Positions 24,829 to 30,958 of a stretch of 30,958 bases of DNA are shown here, one piece after another. The position numbers and the translations under genes are program-made. Under the pieces are notes generated by a model. That model did no database searches, had not been told where the DNA came from, and saw nothing but the letters and a program-made list of their open reading frames with translations. Position 1 is the stretch's first letter; every line of letters begins with the position of its first letter. Source of the DNA: a virus (lineage: Duplodnaviria; Caudoviricetes); the IMG/VR virus record IMGVR_UViG_3300037420_000606, positions 1 to 30,958 of that record; one strand, 5' to 3'.

Positions 24829-25689
24829 ATGGCCCTATTCAGATCGCCTGTCGTTCGCGCGACAGACGCCAACGTTAATGCGCTGTCTGGGGCGAAATGG
24901 TATTTCTACACCACCGGCACGCTTACTCCATCGGCGGTCTATACGACATCGGCACTAAGCGTTGCCCACGCGAATCCCGTAGTTGCTGATGCTGGCGGGC
25001 TTTTTGCCCCCATCTATCTTGATCCCTCGGTCATTTACCGCGCCATCCTCAAGGACGCGCTCGGCAGCACCATTCAGGACATCGATCCCATCAATGAGGC
25101 CGCGGTAGGGGCCACCATAGCCTCTCCCGGCGTTATCGAGATAGGCTACAAGACAGGCGGTCTGAACACCACCGTCTATATCGACAACAACGGCAGTGAA
25201 TCCGGTTTGTGGGCGCGTCGGTGGATTACCGGAGTGCCCACGATCGATGGCTATATCCGCAACGTCCTTGGAGTTTACTATATCAATGCCACGAGCGGCG
25301 GATATCTCCGCGCCGGCGGCAACGAAATGTGGAAATGGTCCACGATGGGCGCCGGCTATGCGGCCGGCGCTGGCGGCGCCGTCACTCAAGCGACCAGCAA
25401 AACAACCGCAGTAACGCTCAACAAAGTCACCGGAGCGATTACGCTCAACGGATCGAGCGTTTCCGCCAACAGCTCCGTCAGCTTTACGTTCAACAACTCC
25501 ATGATCCAGGCCAATGATCGAGTGCGCTACGGCATTCGTTCAGGGGCTGCAGATCCCAGCGCTTACCTCATCGTGGACACTGGCACATCGGATGGGGTCC
25601 GCAGCGTCTACGTCCGCAATCTCACTGCTGGCGCTCTCGCCGAAGCAGTCAGCGTTAGCTTCGATGTCTACAAGGGAGATATTGTCTGA
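24829..25689 (+). CDS. Short tail fibre/spike with a P22-tailspike-like virion-binding N-terminal domain
   Basis: GAK.YFY.TGT.TP..VYT...L...HANPVVADAGG.F..IYL; C-term GAVTQATSKTTAVTLNK..G.IT. Confidence 0.75.
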   Translation: MALFRSPVVRATDANVNALSGAKWYFYTTGTLTPSAVYTTSALSVAHANPVVADAGGLFAPIYLDPSVIYRAILKDALGSTIQDIDPINEAAVGATIASPGVIEIGYKTGGLNTTVYIDNNGSESGLWARRWITGVPTIDGYIRNVLGVYYINATSGGYLRAGGNEMWKWSTMGAGYAAGAGGAVTQATSKTTAVTLNKVTGAITLNGSSVSANSSVSFTFNNSMIQANDRVRYGIRSGAADPSAYLIVDTGTSDGVRSVYVRNLTAGALAEAVSVSFDVYKGDIV

Positions 25690-25976
25690 TGCCCGATCGT
25701 CACCTCCACGCCGACTACCACACATCGATGTGTGGTCAGGATATCTCCACCCTGCTCGCGACTTGGAAGGATGCTGAAGCGACCTGTGCTGATTGTATCA
25801 AGCAAACGCCAATAGTTCGGGCTCAGCAACCGAAGGATGTCGCGGAACTGGATGTCCAGGTTCGGACAATCCAACAGGCTGATGATGAAAAAGAGAGCTT
25901 ACTGCAGGCAGAAGCTCAAATTGAAACGCGAGGGGCGTCCACCGGCCTTCAGGGCCTCAACCAAGGAGTGAACTAA
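25689..25976 (+). CDS. Hypothetical protein with a possible Zn site
   Basis: TGATG coupling; H.H....MCG...ATCADC. Confidence 0.55.
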   Translation: MPDRHLHADYHTSMCGQDISTLLATWKDAEATCADCIKQTPIVRAQQPKDVAELDVQVRTIQQADDEKESLLQAEAQIETRGASTGLQGLNQGVN

Positions 25977-26093
25977 ATGTCTACGAATCCCAACAAGCCG
26001 ACTGATCCGGGCAAACCGGTTCAGCCGTTCGAAGATCCTACGCCGCCTCCTGGCGATCCGCCGCCGAAGAAGCCGCCTGAGCCGACCGAGTGA
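25977..26093 (+). CDS. Pro-rich peptide (38 aa; not in ORF track)
   Basis: AAGGAG SD; MSTNPNKPTDPGKPVQPFEDPTPPPGDPPPKKPPEPTE*; GTGA coupling to the next gene. Confidence 0.65.
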   Translation: MSTNPNKPTDPGKPVQPFEDPTPPPGDPPPKKPPEPTE

Positions 26094-26620
26094 CACCGGC
26101 TCACGTCATTCTTTGGATAGTCGCGCTTGTCGTTGGGTCTTCCTTTTGGAGGAATCCAACGGCAGGCGCGCTATTGCTCGCTTATGTGGTAGCCGAGCTC
26201 GGGCTGCCGCTGAAATACTTCACGATCCCCGATATCGTCACGGTCTGCATCATCTTCGGCAAGCCCCGCTATCGTCCTTGTGAGACCTATTGGGACTTGA
26301 GCATCTGGGCGCAATTCAAGTGCATTTTGGCGGAACGCTCCCCCGCCGACCGTTTCATCCTGCTCAGCATCCCAATGGCTTGGATTATCTATTCCCCGGT
26401 CCTGTCTCACGACCAATGGTGGAGCCTGTGGTGGATTGCCATCGCTCAGTTTCTCGCGGCGGGATGGGAATCGCTTTACGGGTTTCGATCCAATTACCGC
26501 ATAATCCGCGAGCATCTGGGCGACATAGACTCATTCTTTCTGCGCGTTTTCAGCCCAGTCCCCCAACTACGCGCCGCCGATTGCGCTCCACACACGACCG
26601 GCGGTGGTGACGATGGTTGA
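26090..26620 (+). CDS. Multi-pass membrane protein
   Basis: About 4-5 hydrophobic segments, Trp-rich. Confidence 0.7.
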   Translation: MTPAHVILWIVALVVGSSFWRNPTAGALLLAYVVAELGLPLKYFTIPDIVTVCIIFGKPRYRPCETYWDLSIWAQFKCILAERSPADRFILLSIPMAWIIYSPVLSHDQWWSLWWIAIAQFLAAGWESLYGFRSNYRIIREHLGDIDSFFLRVFSPVPQLRAADCAPHTTGGGDDG

Positions 26621-26981
26621 TGACTCATTCTTTAATCGCATCTTCAGTGCCGCGGCTGGCGTCTGGGCGCTTGTCGGTATGGTTGCCGTCGCGCTGTTCA
26701 AGACATGGCCGCTCATTCTTGGCCGGTTCAACGAACGCTACCGAGACCGCCTTACCGAAGAGGCTGGCGACTGGGAGCGTATTCGCCATGAGCGCGACCT
26801 TCTGCGCGAAGAGCGCGACCTTGTTCGGGATAGGTGGGCCGAATGTGAAGCCGAGAAGGCTGCGCTGATGGGCGAAAATGCAGAGTTGCGGGGCATTCTT
26901 CAAAGCCTGGGGGAGTGGCGGCAGTTCCAGGCTTATCGCGATGCGCTCAGGCGCCAGTCAGAGGGCAAGGATAGCGAATGA
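26604..26981 (+). CDS. N-terminal TM plus coiled-coil protein (lysis-cassette accessory)
   Basis: AAAGVWALVGMVAVALF followed by a charged heptad region. Start may be 26613. Confidence 0.65.
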   Translation: MVTMVDDSFFNRIFSAAAGVWALVGMVAVALFKTWPLILGRFNERYRDRLTEEAGDWERIRHERDLLREERDLVRDRWAECEAEKAALMGENAELRGILQSLGEWRQFQAYRDALRRQSEGKDSE

Positions 26982-27367
26982 CCTCACCAGGCTGGACGCT
27001 CGAGACCTTGAAGGAACATTTCGAGGCGCTGCGTGAGGCCGATAAGGAAGCTGTGTCAACTGCGCTCGCTGCTGCCGAGAAAGCCGTCACCGCTGCCTTG
27101 ACGGCTTCCGAGAAGGCGATTTTGAAAGCCGAGAATGCGGCCGACAAACGAGCCGAAGCATCCAATGAAATCCGCGGCGCGATGGTCGATGCGCAAAAGA
27201 GCTTCGCCGATAAGGAAGGCACGGAACGGCGGCTCAAGGCCCTTGAGGATTCCCAACTCGCCGCCTCCAGCAAAACCATCGGCGCGGGCCAATTGTGGGC
27301 AATGGCCGCAGCTGTTGTCGTCGTGATCGCGGCCATCATGGGCATTGTCTTCGGAGTAACGAAATGA
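26978..27367 (+). CDS. Coiled-coil protein with a C-terminal TM (lysis-cassette accessory)
   Basis: Ala/Glu/Lys coiled coil, C-term LWAMAAAVVVVIAAIMGIVF; ATGA coupling on both sides. Confidence 0.7.
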   Translation: MTSPGWTLETLKEHFEALREADKEAVSTALAAAEKAVTAALTASEKAILKAENAADKRAEASNEIRGAMVDAQKSFADKEGTERRLKALEDSQLAASSKTIGAGQLWAMAAAVVVVIAAIMGIVFGVTK

Positions 27368-28128
27368 GCGCTGAAGCTGCGTTTGATGCGCTACGCAACT
27401 ACAAGCGCGAGCTGACAGGCGAGGGATTGAGCGGCGTTGATGTTGCTTCATTCCAGGCGATTTTCTCAACATGGAAGCCAGCAGACAAGAATCCGACCGC
27501 GCTAAGCGACGGCAGCAAGTTTTTCGACGCCATCCGCCCGCTGTTCGGTTCTTTAGCGCAACCCCAAGTCGATGGGTGCGAGGCGCTGTTGCAGGCGTTC
27601 GGAGTGTCGCGCTGGCCCTTAGCTTGGGCGGCTTACGGGCTAAGCACTGCATTCCACGAAACCAACAAGACGATGCAGCCGGTCGAGGAAGCGTACTGGC
27701 TCACCGATTCCGCATCTGCCGCCTACTTCTTCAAGATGTACGACCCACAGGGCCAGCGTCCTGATGTGGCAAAGCGGCTTGGCAATACGCAACCGGGAGA
27801 CGGCGCCAAGTTCGCGGGCCGTGGTTATCTACAGCTGACGGGCAGACGAAACTATTCCGACATGGCCGAGCACACTGGCGCCGATCTCGTCAATCATCCC
27901 GAACTAGCGCTGAGGCCAGACATCGCCGCGAGGATCATGGTGTTCGGGATGGAGATGGGGAGCTTCACCGGGAAGAAGCTTGCCGATTATCTCCCGCTCA
28001 CCGGACGCGCCGGTTTCGACGCCTACACCCAAGCCCGCCGCATCATCAACGCGCTCGATCACGCTGGCGACATCGCCAAGGAAGCGCAGCAGTTCGAGAC
28101 GGCTTTGCTAGCTGGAGATTGGAAGTGA
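27364..28128 (+). CDS. Endolysin, glycoside hydrolase family 19
   Basis: AY.LSTAFHET, LGNTQPGDG.KF.GRGYLQLTGRRNY, DLV..PELA, ARRIIN. Confidence 0.9.
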   Translation: MSAEAAFDALRNYKRELTGEGLSGVDVASFQAIFSTWKPADKNPTALSDGSKFFDAIRPLFGSLAQPQVDGCEALLQAFGVSRWPLAWAAYGLSTAFHETNKTMQPVEEAYWLTDSASAAYFFKMYDPQGQRPDVAKRLGNTQPGDGAKFAGRGYLQLTGRRNYSDMAEHTGADLVNHPELALRPDIAARIMVFGMEMGSFTGKKLADYLPLTGRAGFDAYTQARRIINALDHAGDIAKEAQQFETALLAGDWK

Positions 28129-28493
28129 TGACACCCGGCAGCATCCTCAACGCGCTCAAAGGAATCTCAGGAGAATTCGAGCTAATCCGAACGATGGGGG
28201 CATTCGGCCTCTTTTGTTACGTCGTCGGTGCGCTCGTCTTCCAGGGCTGGGCGATGAGCCGGGGCGACCATTTCGACATCGTTGCGTTTTGCGCCGCGTT
28301 CCCCGGAGGCCTGGCACTTGCCTATGGCTCGATTGCTGGAGCCGCGGCAATCAAGGATCGCAACGTCGCCGTCGCGCAGGTCGTTCGCGACACCGGCTCG
28401 CAGCCTGGCAGTGCCGCCAGCGCCGATCCCACCTCAGTCACGGTCGTCAACAAGCCCGACGATCCCATTCCTGTGCAGGAGAATACGCCATGA
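28128..28493 (+). CDS. Holin-like two-TM protein
   Basis: Two TM segments immediately after the endolysin; hydrophilic C-tail. Confidence 0.6.
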   Translation: MTPGSILNALKGISGEFELIRTMGAFGLFCYVVGALVFQGWAMSRGDHFDIVAFCAAFPGGLALAYGSIAGAAAIKDRNVAVAQVVRDTGSQPGSAASADPTSVTVVNKPDDPIPVQENTP

Positions 28494-28654
28494 GCCTTCT
28501 AATCGCCGTCATCCTGATCCTCATCATTTTGGCCCTGCTCGTCTGGGCGGTGGACATGCTTCCTCTGGGCTCGCCGTTCAACAACATCGTGAAAGTGCTG
28601 ATCATCGTCATCGGTGTGTTGCTGATCGCTCAGAGGGCAGGGCTGCTGTCATGA
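28490..28654 (+). CDS. Small two-TM membrane protein (Thivi_2564-like)
   Basis: MSLLIAVILILIILALLVWAVDMLPLGSPFNNIVKVLIIVIGVLLIAQRAGLLS; AGGAG SD, ATGA coupling. Confidence 0.7.
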   Translation: MSLLIAVILILIILALLVWAVDMLPLGSPFNNIVKVLIIVIGVLLIAQRAGLLS

Positions 28655-28893
28655 GAGACGAAGGAGACCTGAACATGCATCCCGAACCCGGCTCCAATTG
28701 GGACCACAAAAGCGGCGGTTATGGCGTCAGCATCCCCGACGATCTGGCTTATGACAGCGTTCGTATCAAGGATGCCAACGATGCGCGGTGGCAGACCGCC
28801 GTGGCCTATGTCCGCGATGACGATGCCGAAACGCTCTATGTGCGTCCGCGAGACGACTTCCTCGCCAAGTTTACCCTGAGGGTCGAGAAGTGA
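28651..28893 (+). CDS. DUF1653-like small protein
   Basis: W.HK.GG.Y....V.Y......LYVRP...F..KF pattern. Confidence 0.6.
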   Translation: MRDEGDLNMHPEPGSNWDHKSGGYGVSIPDDLAYDSVRIKDANDARWQTAVAYVRDDDAETLYVRPRDDFLAKFTLRVEK

Positions 28894-29246
28894 ACGCTGG
28901 TTCCTCAACCCGCATCATCGCCATGATCGTCGGCGTGATCCTGATCGTGGCGCTTGCCGCGCTCTTCCTTAGCCAATGCTCGTCAACGCTGACCGCGAAG
29001 AAGCAGGGCGAAGTCAATAAAGAGCAGGGTCAAGCTTCTGTAGGCGCCGGTCAGGAGGCGATGAATACCCTCACCAACGTCTCTGAGAACGTGACTGCGG
29101 CCGACAGAGCCGTGACGCAAGGACAAGGCGAGGTCCGCTCAGCTCCAGAGACAGAGAAGGGCAAAGCCGCTGTGAGTGCCGCCTGTCGCTTCAAGGCGAA
29201 CCGCAACAAACCTGAATGTTTGCATCTCACGGAGAACGGGAAATGA
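28890..29246 (+). CDS. Inner-membrane spanin (Rz-like)
   Basis: N-term TM, periplasmic helical region, C-terminal Cys pair; precedes a lipoprotein. Confidence 0.65.
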   Translation: MNAGSSTRIIAMIVGVILIVALAALFLSQCSSTLTAKKQGEVNKEQGQASVGAGQEAMNTLTNVSENVTAADRAVTQGQGEVRSAPETEKGKAAVSAACRFKANRNKPECLHLTENGK

Positions 29247-29578
29247 GAAGCTACGCCGCTTGTCTCTCGCTGTTGATACTCAGCGCCTGTGTCACTTCAC
29301 CCCCAGTTTACGGCGACATCCCCGAATGTGAGCGTCTGATTCCGCCGTCGCTGCTCAAGCCGGTTGATGGGGTAGACGTTCCCGTTCCGGAGTCTTGGCC
29401 TGACGGACACCAGAAGGCTGAGCCATGGATGTTCGGCTACTTGGGACAGACTGGGCAGTTGGACAAGGCCAACGAAAATGCTCCGGCAATCGATCACATC
29501 TATTCTGAATGCCTCAAGCTGCATCGTGAAGCGCTCAAGAGAGCGAAGCGCGGGTTCTTCGGAAGGATATTCGGGTGA
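29243..29578 (+). CDS. Outer-membrane spanin lipoprotein (Rz1-like)
   Basis: ATG at 29243; lipobox ILSA-C; Pro-rich; C..LIP, QTGQLDKAN. Confidence 0.7.
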   Translation: MRSYAACLSLLILSACVTSPPVYGDIPECERLIPPSLLKPVDGVDVPVPESWPDGHQKAEPWMFGYLGQTGQLDKANENAPAIDHIYSECLKLHREALKRAKRGFFGRIFG

Positions 29579-30873
29579 ACCGCTATCTCCTGGCCCTGCT
29601 AGCCACGGCCTGCATCTCCGTTCCCGCCCAAGCCAAGATATGCCGCGACAGCCACGGGCGGTTCGTGAAGTGCCCGGCACCTACGCCAACGCCTACTCCT
29701 ACTCCTATCCCCACGCCAACCCCGACGCCGAGCCCAACGCCCTCTCCGATCACCTATCCGGTGGTCTCTCCCAACGGCCTCAAGGGCGAGTTCGACATTA
29801 TTGCCGATGGCACCGATCCAACCGCGGCAGTAGAGCAGACATGGTATGGTCCGCTAGGACGTGGCGGTGTCGCTCCGGCGAGCGCTGATCCGGTCGGCGC
29901 ATTCCGCTTCAACTGTGGTGCTGGATATGTCCTCAAGAAAGACGATCCGATCGTCTATCCCGGCCAACCCGGTGTATCCCACCTTCATGAAGAGTTCGGC
30001 AATTCGAGCTTCAACGCCAACCAGAATTACACGCTGATCCGCACTGGCGGCGGCACGAACTGCGGCGATCCAGCCAATCCGGTCAATCGCTCCGAATACT
30101 GGAACCCAGCCATGCTCGACGGGGCGGGAAACGTGGTTCTCGAGGATTACGATAACGTCTATTACAAGCGTGAGCCCGCAAGCACGCCAGAATGCAATGG
30201 TCCGCCTGACGACACGCACCTGGGCTTCTGTGTCGGCCTACCCAATGGAATCCGCTATCTCACCGGCTACAACATCAAGAACGGCACTGGCGGCACCAGC
30301 GACGTAAATTCGCCCGACTATTGGAACATGTACATCCAGTGCTGGGGGGCCGAGGATGGTTCAGTAGCTTCTCCAACCGGCGCTCAGTTCCATTCAATGG
30401 CCGAATTGGTGAAGGCCGGTTGTCCGGTCGGAGCTCAAGTCGTCGTCATCACAATCTCACCGGATTGCTGGGATGGCAAGAACCTGGACGTTGCCGACAG
30501 CCGATCACATATGAGCTACTCGACCGGTCCCTATGTCGCGGTTGCCGGGCAGAGAGCTTGTCCTGTAACGCATCCCCACAAGATCCCCAGCCTTCAGCGG
30601 CAGCATCATTTTACGTCAGACGCGAATTTCGTCGCGGGCAAGTGGACGCTCTCCTGCGCCATGCCAGGTGAGGATGGGTTCAAATGCTGGCATGCCGATT
30701 ATTGGGAAGGCTGGAACCCGGTGATCAAAGCGCGGTGGACAACCAACTGCATCGACGGACACCGGAGCTGTGCTGGCGGTGATTTGGGTGACGGCTACCA
30801 GATCAAGGGCATGAGCGCACCGTCTGGAGGCTGGCCGAAGCATAGACTGGTGCCGCTATCGCCGATACCTTAG
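29575..30873 (+). CDS. Secreted DUF1996-family protein with a PT linker (paralog of 7172..8764)
   Basis: Signal MNRYLLALLATACISVPAQA, CRDSHGRFVKC, (PT)n linker, DDPIVYPGQPGVSHLH..FGN, NRSEYWNP, PDCWDGKNLD, CP.THP, HADYWEGW. Confidence 0.9.
   Translation: MNRYLLALLATACISVPAQAKICRDSHGRFVKCPAPTPTPTPTPIPTPTPTPSPTPSPITYPVVSPNGLKGEFDIIADGTDPTAAVEQTWYGPLGRGGVAPASADPVGAFRFNCGAGYVLKKDDPIVYPGQPGVSHLHEEFGNSSFNANQNYTLIRTGGGTNCGDPANPVNRSEYWNPAMLDGAGNVVLEDYDNVYYKREPASTPECNGPPDDTHLGFCVGLPNGIRYLTGYNIKNGTGGTSDVNSPDYWNMYIQCWGAEDGSVASPTGAQFHSMAELVKAGCPVGAQVVVITISPDCWDGKNLDVADSRSHMSYSTGPYVAVAGQRACPVTHPHKIPSLQRQHHFTSDANFVAGKWTLSCAMPGEDGFKCWHADYWEGWNPVIKARWTTNCIDGHRSCAGGDLGDGYQIKGMSAPSGGWPKHRLVPLSPIP
29674..29750 (+). 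repeat. Pro-Thr linker repeat
   Basis: Encodes PAPTPTPTPTPIPTPTPTPSPTPSP. Confidence 0.85.
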
Positions 30874-30958
30874 GGCCTTGCTGTCGTTTGCGCGCAGTTT
30901 CAAAGCACCAATCCGAACAGAACTGGCTATTCGGTCGCGATGGCCAAATACCGCACTC

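Larger units (their letters stand above)
1..30958 (+). mobile_element. Temperate P22-like (podovirus) phage/prophage segment from cro through the lysis cassette
   Basis: Co-oriented terS/terL/portal/scaffold/capsid/P22-type tail and ejection genes, lysis genes and a lambdoid early region. No tape measure, tail tube or sheath genes. Confidence 0.95.

Noticed and set aside
30874-30958. Prophage end / att site or next gene (ATG near 30939)
   Set aside because: Too little sequence; no matching direct repeat or integrase in the window

Overview
A ~31 kb, GC-rich segment of a temperate, P22-like (podovirus-type) phage or prophage, most likely from an alphaproteobacterial (Sphingomonadales-like) host. 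The host call is an inference from gene content. Almost all genes are on the + strand. Order: truncated Cro-like HTH; GIY-YIG-HTH fusion; small early genes (RusA-like, stand-alone DnaA C-terminal domain); replication initiator with iteron-like repeats plus a partner gene; DUF6456/Q-like regulator followed by a pR'-like promoter and terminator; an accessory block of fibre-like genes (Ig/FN3/SPRY protein, secreted DUF1996 protein) with an inverted methyltransferase; terS, terL, portal, scaffold, DUF4043-type capsid; P22-syntenic gp4/gp10/gp26/gp14/gp7/gp20/(SLT)/gp16 equivalents; an inverted lipoprotein pair at the sieA position; a short tail fibre; and an extended lysis cassette (GH19 endolysin, holin-like proteins, spanins) ending in a second secreted DUF1996 paralog. 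No integrase, CI repressor, tRNA, CRISPR array or reverse transcriptase is visible. Most notable: (1) two signal-peptide, Cys-rich DUF1996 paralogs coupled into the late operon, one apparently inserted inside a jelly-roll domain; (2) three tandem H-type pseudoknot-like elements in the scaffold leader; (3) a candidate +1 frameshift or hairpin-occluded start linking an ejection protein to a lytic transglycosylase; (4) a lambda-like Q/pR'/tR' layout around DUF6456. All family assignments come from motif recognition and synteny by eye, not from database searches.
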